From a virus (taxonomy: Duplodnaviria > Caudoviricetes): 59,028 nucleotides of DNA. The notes under the pieces are model-generated. The model worked only from the letters and a program-made list of their open reading frames with translations. It made no database searches and was not told the origin of the DNA. A program made the position numbers and the translations under genes. Shown piece by piece: positions 1 to 9,120 of this stretch; the first letter of the stretch is position 1; every line of letters starts with the position of its first letter. Where the stretch lies: positions 1-59,028 of IMG/VR virus record IMGVR_UViG_3300027653_000014. One strand, 5' to 3'.

Positions 1-475
1 CGCCGGCTGCGTGCACGAGTGCCCGTGCTCCTGCCTCGGCCTCGGTGGGCTGGTCGTGGTTGAGGAGCGCGTCGACTTCCTCAGCGATGTAGTCGTTCTG
101 CGGGCCAACGGCTCCACCGGCTGCCACAGCGTCGTCGTGCGCCACCTTGCCCGCCTCGATGGCCTCCTCGATGGCCTCGCGGGTGGGGCGGGTGCGGGCC
201 GTGGCGAGCAGGCCAGCCTCGTACCCCGCCCGAATCCAACCCATGACCGTGTTCGGTGCGGGGTGGGTCGTCTGGAACACGCGCTCGACCGCGTCCTCGG
301 TGGTCGCGGTGGTCGTCTCGGCGCGGCCAGCGGCCAGGCGCCCTTCGACGTAGCCCTCGATCTGGCCGATGGTCACGTAGTCAGAAGGCAGAAGGTCCGA
401 CTCTCGGGGAGTCCCGTAGCGCTGCTCAGCCTCGGCGCGGGCGTCGGTGACGGACGGGCGGTCGGCGGGGGTCAC
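1..475 (-). CDS. Modular hypothetical protein of the 'ETTT' family (3' end runs off the window)
   Basis: GTG at 475 overlaps the TGA of the upstream gene. The frame (MTPADRPSVTDARAEAEQRY...AAGRAETTTATTEDA...AGLLATARTRPTRE...) is open to position 1 and shares motifs with 3438..4289. Confidence 0.75.
   Translation of the reverse strand, partial: MTPADRPSVTDARAEAEQRYGTPRESDLLPSDYVTIGQIEGYVEGRLAAGRAETTTATTEDAVERVFQTTHPAPNTVMGWIRAGYEAGLLATARTRPTREAIEEAIEAGKVAHDDAVAAGGAVGPQNDYIAEEVDALLNHDQPTEAEAGARALVHAAG
176..302 (+). repeat. 127-bp exact copy of the window's last 127 bases (58902-59028)
   Basis: Direct comparison: CTCGCGGGTGGGGCGGGTGCGGGCC...GCGTCCTCGGTG is identical at both places, and the left flanks diverge. 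Confidence 0.95.
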
Positions 476-807
476 CGGGACACACCCGTCAGGAAGCGGG
501 CAGCCTCATCAAGTGCCGCCGGACGCTGCGCGGTGAGCCAGTCCGGCACGGGCGACCATGACGAGCCGAAGCCGACGCCAGACTGGCCGCCCTGCGGCGC
601 GCGCGTCTTGGGTCCGAACACTTCGACGTACTCGTCGGTTCGGTCCCACTGGCGTGAACGTTCATCCTCGGTGCGCGCCCATTTCGAGCCTCGGCTGATC
701 GTCCAGCGAGCCTTCTCGGGGCGGAAGTAGCCGGTTGTGCCCCGGAGTTCGTCAGGGCCGTGATCGAGCGTCGCGAGAATCTCGACGCTGACGTGGTGTG
801 TGCTCAT
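472..807 (-). CDS. Hypothetical protein
   Basis: ATG at 807 overlaps the upstream stop and follows an AAGGAG RBS. The ORF-track start at 924 is probably too long. Confidence 0.65.
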   Translation of the reverse strand: MSTHHVSVEILATLDHGPDELRGTTGYFRPEKARWTISRGSKWARTEDERSRQWDRTDEYVEVFGPKTRAPQGGQSGVGFGSSWSPVPDWLTAQRPAALDEAARFLTGVSR

Positions 808-1127
808 CGGTCTGTCTCCTTGATGGTGTCGGTGGGGGCCGCCGAGAGAGCGGCACGGAGGCGGTCGCGTTCGATGCGGGCTTCGTTGCGTGCCGCTTCG
901 TTCGACGCCGCCACTCGATGCCACTCACGCAAGTCAGCGATGAGGCGGAGGATGGTGGCGGGGTTCGCCGCAGCAATAAACTCGGCGTCGGCGGGGTTCC
1001 CTGCGAAGTCGTAGGACGCGATCGCGGACTCCCAATCGCCCGCATAGATGGTCGAGTCGTCGTAGTCCCAGGGGCCGGGCGTGGCTGCTTGGGCGAGCCT
1101 GGCGAGGTCATCCCACTCGGCGGTCAT
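804..1127 (-). CDS. Ead/Ea22-like protein
   Basis: ATPGPW...DAEFIAAANPATIL signature followed by a coiled coil. Confidence 0.65.
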   Translation of the reverse strand: MTAEWDDLARLAQAATPGPWDYDDSTIYAGDWESAIASYDFAGNPADAEFIAAANPATILRLIADLREWHRVAASNEAARNEARIERDRLRAALSAAPTDTIKETDR

Positions 1128-1288
1128 ACAGCTAGCACCTCCTCAATCCACTCTTCTTCGGTGCTTGCAACTCTATCCAAGTCGCCAGCACCCACATGAA
1201 ACTTCTGCTTCGCCTGCTCAGCAGTCTCAGCCTCGACCTCGTATACCTCAGTGAACGTACCGCTCACTGTGATGTGCCACTTCTTCAT
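1124..1288 (-). CDS. Small hypothetical protein (54 aa)
   Basis: MKKWHITVSGTFTEVYEVEAETAEQA..., GGAGG RBS, ATGA overlap with the next gene. Confidence 0.6.
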   Translation of the reverse strand: MKKWHITVSGTFTEVYEVEAETAEQAKQKFHVGAGDLDRVASTEEEWIEEVLAV

Positions 1289-1326
1289 CTTGTCCTCCCT
1301 CTCCTCCTATGTTACGGGTAAGCCTA

Positions 1327-2790
1327 CTACATGAAGTCGGCCCCTACAAGGCCGTCCTGAGTAATCTTGAGCTTGCCCAACTGACCTGTCTCTAGCGTGT
1401 CCTTGGCATACATGATGAAGCGGTTGATGACGTGCTTCTGCCCCGGCCTACGCAGCCGACCCTCAGCCTGCCGGTTAGCCGTCACAGACTCATCCTTAGA
1501 CAGCCAAATCTCCGTGCTGCACACATGCTGCAAGCCGTCAACACCCTCTGACATGGCAGTGATAGTTGCTACCAGCACGTCAGCCTCTCCGCTGCGGAAA
1601 GCCGCTAGCGCTGCCTCACGGGCATCCCTGCTCTGCCCCCCGTGGACTGCCGCAGCGGTGTATCCAGCCTTCCGCAGCCGGTGCAGCACAGTGGGGATGA
1701 TGCGCTTGCTGTGAGTCCAAATAAGGGCCTTGGACTCGGGCAGGTCATCCATAATCTCTACCAGTGCATCCAGTTTCGATGACTTGGCATCCTCCTTGAA
1801 GCTGACCTCTTCCTCATCATTCACGGAGGGCACAGCGAGTCCGACTTGTCGGAGCCTGATCCGCTTTGTGATCGGCAAGGCAGCGGCGACAGGATTGTCC
1901 TCAAGCCACGCTAGTGCGTCCTCCTCGAACTGCCGATACACCCGCCTCTGTGCGGGCAGCAGGTCTATGGGCACATCGTGGACCACTACCTCGGGCAGCT
2001 CACTGTGCACCTCTTCCTCTGTGCGCTTGACATACGTGGGGATAGACCGGGCGACGATGCCCGGTGCCTTCTCCCCGATGACCTCCTGCACATGTACCTT
2101 GCGCCCCGCTACCTGATATGTCGCGTAGGGGTTCGGTTGGGTGCGTAGGAACGTCTCAGTGAACGGTCCGAAATACTTGTACCGCTGCGGCCACAGGAAG
2201 TGCAGCACTGACCAGATGTTCTCGATCTTGTTGCCTGCCGGGGTAGCGGACAGGCCCAGCTTGATCGGTACCTTCTTTGCAGAGTGCATGATCTTAGCCT
2301 GGATTGACCGCCTGTTACCGCCCCTGTGAATCTCATCGAACACACTTGCGTCAAGCGGGTACTTGGACCAATCAAGCTGTTCTCGGATCACCCGGTCAAC
2401 TACCTTGTTGCCGCGACGGTCCGTGATCGTAGTGCCGTCAGGGTTCTTCGCATATCGGACAGAGCCGCGCCCCCACTCCCAGCCCACCATGTAGATGCCG
2501 GGCTCCCCGGCCTTCAGTGCTGCAAGGCTGTCCTCGGCGCGCTTGCTGTCGATGTACCTCACAGGGAGGTCGGGCAGGAACATCCTCGCGTGACGTTCCC
2601 AACCATAGAACGTGTTGATGGGTGCGGTGACGGCAATCCTCTGTGCCCCTAGCCTGCGTAGCACTTCCAGCGCTACCGGGGTCTTTCCTGCCCCGAGGCA
2701 GTGGGAAATCAGGCCGACTCCCCCGGCATTGACCAGTGTGTCGATGTCCTCTGCCTGGAACTGCCGCCACTGCCACCCTTCAACCGTCAT
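1327..2790 (-). CDS. Superfamily 2 DNA helicase
   Basis: Walker A LGAGKT, DEIH box, SATP motif III, EGVD and QAEGRLRR motifs. Confidence 0.9.
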   Translation of the reverse strand: MTVEGWQWRQFQAEDIDTLVNAGGVGLISHCLGAGKTPVALEVLRRLGAQRIAVTAPINTFYGWERHARMFLPDLPVRYIDSKRAEDSLAALKAGEPGIYMVGWEWGRGSVRYAKNPDGTTITDRRGNKVVDRVIREQLDWSKYPLDASVFDEIHRGGNRRSIQAKIMHSAKKVPIKLGLSATPAGNKIENIWSVLHFLWPQRYKYFGPFTETFLRTQPNPYATYQVAGRKVHVQEVIGEKAPGIVARSIPTYVKRTEEEVHSELPEVVVHDVPIDLLPAQRRVYRQFEEDALAWLEDNPVAAALPITKRIRLRQVGLAVPSVNDEEEVSFKEDAKSSKLDALVEIMDDLPESKALIWTHSKRIIPTVLHRLRKAGYTAAAVHGGQSRDAREAALAAFRSGEADVLVATITAMSEGVDGLQHVCSTEIWLSKDESVTANRQAEGRLRRPGQKHVINRFIMYAKDTLETGQLGKLKITQDGLVGADFM

Positions 2791-3441
2791 ACGTAGTCCT
2801 CTTCCTCCTCTCGCAGTCCTAGGGCCTCATCTCGATCCTTCTCGGCAGCCTTGACAGCCCGCTCGTAGTCCAGAAAGTCAAGTGTTCCATCGGTGTACCA
2901 CTTGTCTAGCAGCGCAAGCACCCGGCGCATTAGTCCTCCCCTTCAATAAAGATTGCAGCGATGTGTTCCTTGTTAAAGTACGCCCACTTCCCATCACTAA
3001 GGGTCAGAGCAAGCGATGAAGCGCTCTTGCTGAGGGCACTATGAGATGCCCGCGCAGTAACTGCAGGAGCAACATCATCCTGCCACTCGCCTTCGTAATG
3101 GCGTCCAATGTTAGAGACAACAACCACCCGATGCCTGCTCATGACCACACCGCATACAGGTGGTGCTCGCAGTATTCCTCTCCCGGTACTGCATCCTCTT
3201 CGCAATACTCGTCTGGCCCGAAGTTCGGGCTGTCAGGGTTACGCGATCCGTAGTACATGACCGCTGCGCAGTACGGTTCCATGCTTCCTCCTCAGTCTCG
3301 AAAATACTTGTCAGTACCTAGCTCGTTGACGCTATTGCAGAGAATGCATCGCCACCACGAACAGTTCTTACCCTCGCAGTGCTCATTACGACTGAACACT
3401 GTCTTACGGCAGCCGCCGCACTTCTGTGGGACAGTTGTCAC
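2787..3441 (-). CDS. Run of four small, closely packed hypothetical genes (about 2787-2930, 2930-3142, 3139-3282, 3292-3441; two are Cys-rich)
   Basis: Short ORFs with overlapping stop/start codons or short gaps and purine-rich RBS. Confidence 0.55.
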
Positions 3442-4289
3442 TGGTCGTCACCACCTTCGAGCAGCGGGGCGGCCAGCCCAAGCGCTCGCAGGACTGCCTC
3501 GCGCTCGACGCCGAGTTCGTCAGCGATCTTCTGCTGATACTCGACGGTGTAGGTCGGGTGAACGTTGACGGTGCGGGCCGTGGCAAGCAGGCCAGCATCC
3601 ATGAGTGCTCGGGCAGCATCGGCAGGAACAATGAACGACTTACTACCGTTGTAATGGCGCGTGGACTCGATGACCTGTGCTGCGTCCTCGGTGGTGGCGG
3701 TGGTCGTCTCGGGGTAGACCACCTCGACGGTCAGACCACGATCCTCGGCCTGGGCCAGCAGCGATTCGATGAGCGCCTGGGTCTTGCCGCCACGACGTGC
3801 CACGAGAGTCGCGGTGGTCGTCTCGGCGGGACGGGCCGCGTCGCACCCCTCGGTCTGGCACACTTCGATGGGCGGCAACTCGTAGCCCCTGGATGTGACG
3901 TTCCGCTGCCGCTTCCAGTCGTGCTCGTGCTCGGTGGTCGTCTCGGTGCAGCGGTGGCAGTTGCCGCACATCTCCCCGAGGGACGGGTAGCATGACGGGT
4001 ACTCTCGATCCTCGGTGGTCGTCTCGGCGCGGCCAGCGGCGTACACGTCGAGGATGGCCTTGCCGTCGCGGTCGTAGAAGGCGTCGAGGACTACCCTCCG
4101 CGCGTCCTCGGTGGTCGTCTCGGCGCGGCCAGCGGCCAGGGCGGCGGCCCACCCCGCTTCGTAGCCCTTCACGAAGCCGCCTCGGGCGTGCTCACGAACG
4201 GCGGAACGGGGGTAGGTCAGCGCCTCGTCGTCGGCGTTGAGTGCGGGATAGTGGCGCTCGGCTTCGGCGCGGGCGTTGTCGGTGCTCAT
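3438..4289 (-). CDS. Modular hypothetical protein with five ETTT linker repeats
   Basis: 283-aa ORF in which unrelated segments are separated by ETTT linkers. Confidence 0.85.
   Translation of the reverse strand: MSTDNARAEAERHYPALNADDEALTYPRSAVREHARGGFVKGYEAGWAAALAAGRAETTTEDARRVVLDAFYDRDGKAILDVYAAGRAETTTEDREYPSCYPSLGEMCGNCHRCTETTTEHEHDWKRQRNVTSRGYELPPIEVCQTEGCDAARPAETTTATLVARRGGKTQALIESLLAQAEDRGLTVEVVYPETTTATTEDAAQVIESTRHYNGSKSFIVPADAARALMDAGLLATARTVNVHPTYTVEYQQKIADELGVEREAVLRALGLAAPLLEGGDDQ
3698..4123 (-). repeat. Array of five exact 15-bp direct repeats (CCGAGACGACCACCG on the minus strand); sixth copy at 307-321
   Basis: CGGTGGTCGTCTCGG on the plus strand at 3698, 3812, 3932, 4013 and 4109. 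Periods are 114, 120, 81 and 96 bp, all multiples of 3. Confidence 0.95.
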
Positions 4290-4292
4290 TGG

Positions 4293-4625
4293 TTAGCCGT
4301 CCTCCTGTGTAATCGTGATACGCGGCGCGTAGTGATCCGAAACATCATCTACTAGGTCCGGGTACAGCGCCTTGAACTTGGTCCCGCTCACTACCTGCTC
4401 ACTGACCTGCTCCAACTCCTCCTTGGACAGGACCAGCGCGGCCTTCTTAGGGTTGAACCTCTTGTTAGGGGTCACCTTGAGTGTCAAGTTCCCCACAGCG
4501 GTCACGTCCCCCTCCTTGACCTGCGAGCGCAACTCAGCCTTCAGCTCGTCGGCCCGCTGCGTCAGGAACTTTGCATCCTGCGTCAGGCGGTAAATCTCTT
4601 CTACAAGTGCTTCCTTGTCAGCCAC
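4293..4625 (-). CDS. Hypothetical phage protein with coiled-coil N-terminus
   Basis: 110 aa, GGGAGG RBS, upstream promoter motif. Confidence 0.75.
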   Translation of the reverse strand: MADKEALVEEIYRLTQDAKFLTQRADELKAELRSQVKEGDVTAVGNLTLKVTPNKRFNPKKAALVLSKEELEQVSEQVVSGTKFKALYPDLVDDVSDHYAPRITITQEDG

Positions 4626-4639
4626 TGTAATCCTCCCTC

Positions 4640-4660
4640 TCGTTGGTACGTCTAAGCGTA
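4640..4660 (-). promoter_or_regulatory. Putative leftward promoter; related copies at about 8797-8816 and 10475-10495
   Basis: Minus strand reads TACGCT-TAGACGTACCA, TACGCT-TAAACATATCA and TAGACT-TAAGACATACCA. Each is a TANNNT -10 element plus a conserved downstream block, ahead of an RBS. Confidence 0.6.
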
Positions 4661-4975
4661 CTAGTCGGTGGCTTCGTCGTCAAGCATCGCCACTAGATCA
4701 AACTCGTTGGACTCCCCGGCCCATACGCCCCACGCTGGGCGCTCCCGGTGAAAGAAAGCGTGGCAGGCAGCGAAAGCGTCAGGCTGCGTCAGCTGGCACT
4801 GCGTCAGGCACAGGTGAGCGGCCTCCTGCACGGCTTCCTTGACGTGGCGCATCGATCCTGACTCACCGAACCACAGATCAACCACTCGACCATTCTCTAG
4901 CCGTCGTCCGGCTACCTCAGCGTTCATACAAGGTGTGTCTGCATCCTCGGGCAGGTTAGGCATGTTCAGCATCAC
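4661..4975 (-). CDS. whiB: WhiB-family transcription factor
   Basis: Four Cys (C...DLWF...CLTQC...C) and a WGVWAG turn motif. Confidence 0.8.
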   Translation of the reverse strand: MMLNMPNLPEDADTPCMNAEVAGRRLENGRVVDLWFGESGSMRHVKEAVQEAAHLCLTQCQLTQPDAFAACHAFFHRERPAWGVWAGESNEFDLVAMLDDEATD

Positions 4976-5214
4976 AGGGGCGGCTCCTTCCGGTAAGGAT
5001 TATCCAACACAGTCCCGTAAACATCATTGTCTACTGCACTTTCGTATCCCTCGTCCCAAGCGTCAGCCTTGAGGTTATCCAGCCAGCGCAAGAACTCTGC
5101 GCCTGTACCAGACATGGTGCCGTCCTCCCCGACCACAAAGTGATAGGCGCTCCCCTGCTGTACGCAGTACGCCTCTAGCACCTGCATAGTGTTCGGTGTG
5201 TAGTCATCGCTCAC
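4972..5214 (-). CDS. Hypothetical protein ending in a WDEGY...NPYR module
   Basis: ORF coupled to whiB; its C-terminal motif is shared with 58710..59028. Confidence 0.65.
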   Translation of the reverse strand: MSDDYTPNTMQVLEAYCVQQGSAYHFVVGEDGTMSGTGAEFLRWLDNLKADAWDEGYESAVDNDVYGTVLDNPYRKEPPL

Positions 5215-5354
5215 GGCTCAGCTCCTTTATCAGCAGTCCTACAACGATTGCTAGTGTCCACATGCCTAGCGCGAACGTCCAGCCCATTACTACCTCCGCA
5301 TTCCTAAGAACCTAAACCCGGCCACCATAACCGCTACCCACAGCAGCCATGCGA

Positions 5355-8354
5355 TCACTTCCAGCGTGCTCCCCATTTCTGCTCATCCGGTCCCTCGAAC
5401 AGGATGCCGCTGTCCAGCCACGGGCGGAGAGAGGCTTCCTCTAGCTTGTCCGCTAGGGTCTCCCACTCGGCAGCATACATGCCCAAGTGCTCCACCGCAT
5501 CTAGCTTGTTGGCGTGGGCACGAACCGTTGCCGCTGTGACTGCTAACGCATCTCTGATCGTCTCGTAGGAACCCTCCCCGTGCCCTGCTACAACGGTTTC
5601 TGCGCTCATGCCAGCACCTTCCTAACGTGGCCATCCCGTGTGAAAGTGCTCCCGTTCTCCATCACAACACGACGGGCCGTTACCTTTGTGACCTTGACCG
5701 CCTGCTCACCCTTGCTAGTGAGGCCGACAAGGTAGTCCCCCTCTCGGATTTTCTTCGTGGCTACCGTGCGCGCGTCGATCATCGTGGTATGTCCTTTACG
5801 TCGATCACTTTGTAAGCCTGCTCCCCGCCGCGAGGAACCATGCTCTGCACGTTCTGCGGCGTGAGCACGACATATTGCCCGTGCGTCAGCGCTTGCAACC
5901 CCGCTTGTGAGTACCGTACTTCACGCATCTCTTCATCCTCTCAGTGGTGGGTACATAGTCGCGCCACACTTACACTCGCGGGACCATCCTCCACTGTCCC
6001 AATCCGTGCGCCATGCGTGGCGGCTCTTGTGCTGTTGCTCCCACGTAATACCCCGCACAGGGTCGAAACGCTCCCCGGTTTGGTAGTGAAAGTCATTCAG
6101 GCCCGCGTAGATGGGCCGCTTAGGCGTCCCGGCAAGCATCTGAGGGTCCAGATCGTATAGGCGACCGAGGAAGATGCCCCACTCGTCCCACGTGGCGGCC
6201 TGTACGTCCGTGCGTGCGCCATACGATCCGCTGTTAGTGTGCGTCCCGCTCCCGGTCAGCTTGACCTCAAACGCGCGTGCGTGAGAGCGGCTACCGTGCT
6301 CTGTGAGCTGTTCAAAGGCAATCGGCCCGTCTGCGGCCATAGCAATAAGATCGAACCGCGTCAGTACGTCAGTGTGCAGTCTCATTCCGCGACCTCCCAA
6401 ATCTCAACCAGCCGGGCAAAGTCGAGCAATGCTTCGAATTTAGCATCCTGCACGTTCTTACCTTTCCACCAGTCCAGAATCCGTGCCAGTTCGATGGCCC
6501 AATCGTCATTCATCGCCCTCCCCTTTCACAAACTGCTCCCACAGGCGGATGCCCTTAGCGTTGAGGACACCGCCAAACCGATCAATGCGCCACAGTCCCA
6601 GACTAGGCCCGTTCGCGCGCCAGACTTGCACGTAAGCGTCTCCGTTGACCTCTGTGCGCTCAAATCCCAGCCTGCCTAGCCAAGTGCCCGCGTAGCGTGC
6701 TCTGCTCATCGTCCCTCATTTCGACTAACGGCGTACGTTACCCGCGTCTGTGAACCGTCCCACCACTGCCGTACTACGCGCGAGCTCCGAGTCTTGTCAG
6801 GGTGGTGGATAGCACTACGTGCTAAGGTACGTCCCCGGCGAACCGGAAAGTTCTCCCGCTGTCCAATCATCTCCCGCACTGTGACAAACAGGGTGCCATT
6901 ACCGTCCCAGCGCGTGTCCGCAATCTCTAACAGCCCGTCGCGCGTACCGTCCCCGATCCCCTTTACGTAGGTCATCGTGCCCTCCCGGCGCGCGTGGTGC
7001 GCAGTGCGCCCTGCTTACGTGCCCTAGCCTGCCGATAGGCGAGCGTCTGTGCTCGTCCCTGTGCGCCTGCCTTGCGAGTCACGTACTTAGCCATGATTCC
7101 TCCCTCATTGTCCAGCGTGCGTCTGTCGCCCGCCTGCCCCTGCTACCGTTCCCCCGGACAGTAGCAGAGACATACGTACTCAGTCCACCAGCTTCCAGAT
7201 AACCTCAGTGTCCCACCAGTGCTGCAAATCGTCCCGTAAATCTTCCTCAAAGGGCGTCACATGTAAGCCCTCATCGTCGGTCCAATGCTCAATCCCGGCG
7301 CGGACTAGTTGGATCAGTGCCCCGGTGTCTAGTTTGTCCCAAACCTCCCCTAACGTCACGGTCTGCTCAAGGTCACTCAGACGTAGCCTCATGCGCCGAT
7401 TACCTCCCTGTGCTCTGGGCATAGTTCCATCGTGGCTGTTGCACTCAGCCGTCCCAGAATGCCCGCTATCTCTTTGTCCTGTACTACGAAGCCGGTTACT
7501 AGTGCCAGCTCCCGCACGGTAGCACCGTCATCAAAGGCTTCACAGATCGCTAGCCCGTAGTCCACGATCATTTGGTCCGGCAGCGGCTCTAGCTCTGGTT
7601 GATCCTCCCTAGCAATCTGCACGTATTCTCTTTGCACGTCCTCATCGTGTCTGTCTACCGTCCCGCTGCATCCTGCCAAGACCACTAGCGCAGTGGCGGC
7701 CAGCGCTACCATCCTTCGTCGCATCGTCCCGTATCCTCCCTCAGTTGCTCACGTAAATACTCACGCCGCCGTCGCCATCGGGATGGCCCATCAGCTCGGC
7801 GGTTCCGTACACTTTCGCGGCCTCGGTGAGCCGCTCCCCCACGTCTCCCGCGCCACGATCCCAGAATCCCGCGCCGTGACCATTGCGTGTCAGGTGAAAG
7901 TCGTGAGCAACCTGACTCAGGTCAAAGCCATGGCCCATAAACTCCTCAACGTCTGAGACGTTGCCGGCGAGAAAGTCTTCCCACTCACCTCGAAGCTCAT
8001 CAGCAATCTCGGTAGGCACGTCGTCAAGGTCTGGCGCGTATGCGTCCAGCGGCTCAGGTTGCGCCTCTTCCCAGGATTCCGCCGGCTCATAGAGACCAGT
8101 CCAGAGCGCGGCAGTCAGGTAGGCACGGAAGGCCGTGGCCACCTCATCGCCTGTAAACGTCACACTCACTCGGCCGTCCCCCACCAGTCGCCAGGGTGAA
8201 AGCCACCCCCGGAAAGCCAGGCGTCGAGTGCGTCAAACAGCTCCCCGACCTCTTGCCATGCCTGAATCTCCGCATCGTTACTGTCCTCATCGGCGGCAAT
8301 GCGCGCCACCTCGATACCGTCGCGAATCTGTCGCAGTGTCTCGTTAGGGTCCAT
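5355..8354 (-). CDS. Cluster of small early-region hypothetical genes (e.g. 5355-5609, 5933-6385, 6506-6709, 6706-6975, 7180-about 7392, 7741-8184, 8166-8354)
   Basis: Tightly packed minus-strand ORFs with GGAGG-type RBS and overlapping stop/start codons. Confidence 0.65.
7389..7724 (-). CDS. Putative lipoprotein (DUF732-like)
   Basis: Signal peptide MRRRMVALAATALVVLAG-C with a lipobox; G..IC and LCP motifs. Confidence 0.65.
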   Translation of the reverse strand: MRRRMVALAATALVVLAGCSGTVDRHDEDVQREYVQIAREDQPELEPLPDQMIVDYGLAICEAFDDGATVRELALVTGFVVQDKEIAGILGRLSATATMELCPEHREVIGA

Positions 8355-8435
8355 TGCCTTGCCTCTCTCTCGGTTTGGCTAGTGTTCCAGCCCGATGCAC
8401 CGGCCCGACCTCATCCGATGCACCAGACAAGCTCA

Positions 8436-8771
8436 CTAGTCAGTCTCGACAAGCTCCCGAAAGTGCTCCCCCGTGCGGGTGATAGCGTCTCCCCTCAGCT
8501 CGACAGTTTCGCCCCAACTCACGGTGAGCACGTAGCCGCCGGATCGTCCCCCTCCCGTAATCTCGGCAGTCGGTCCCCCAAAGGTGAGCAGCACTGAGAA
8601 CGGCTCCCCGTGCTCCCACACAATCTCTAGTGGCATTTCGGCTAGGTACTCGGAAGCGTCCTCCCCCTCATAATCCTCCCCCGCGTCAATCGCGTCCCAA
8701 ACCTCGGCAAGCGTCTCACGCAGGCTAAGCGCGTACCCGTAAACCTCATCGCGCCACTCGTTGCTAGTCAT
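8436..8771 (-). CDS. Hypothetical acidic early protein
   Basis: 111 aa; conserved start-associated motif; its stop lies in a CTAG hairpin. Confidence 0.8.
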   Translation of the reverse strand: MTSNEWRDEVYGYALSLRETLAEVWDAIDAGEDYEGEDASEYLAEMPLEIVWEHGEPFSVLLTFGGPTAEITGGGRSGGYVLTVSWGETVELRGDAITRTGEHFRELVETD

Positions 8772-8836
8772 CTTCTCTCATCCTCCCGATGTGTCCTGCT
8801 GATATGTTTAAGCGTACATGCCTTGTAGGGTTCGCG

Positions 8837-9022
8837 CTACCGTCCCTCGGTAACGATTGTGTTACGACGTGTCTCCCATGAGCACTGCACACACCGCCAC
8901 GCTAGCGCTATGTGCTCCCAGCCTGCCCACGTTAGAGCGTAGGCAGGGTCAACGTCGCGTACGATTTTCAGCTGACCACAAGGACACATGACGCGCCGTA
9001 CGCTAGCTCGCTGAGGTTCCAT
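8837..9022 (-). CDS. Small Cys-rich hypothetical protein
   Basis: CPCG...WRCVQC; start motif present. Confidence 0.65.
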   Translation of the reverse strand: MEPQRASVRRVMCPCGQLKIVRDVDPAYALTWAGWEHIALAWRCVQCSWETRRNTIVTEGR

Positions 9023-9120
9023 CGTCTTTCATCCTCCCGTACCGGCGTGTATCTCACGCCCTGCGCCTGCCGTAGGGATCGCACCTACGCTAATGCCCAC
9101 TAGGGGCAGGCGAACCGTCC

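Noticed and set aside
3698-4123. CRISPR array interpretation of the 15-bp repeats
   Set aside because: The repeats are too short, the spacers are 66-105 bp and all keep the reading frame, and there is no leader or cas1/cas2. A lone Cas4-like nuclease is common in phages.
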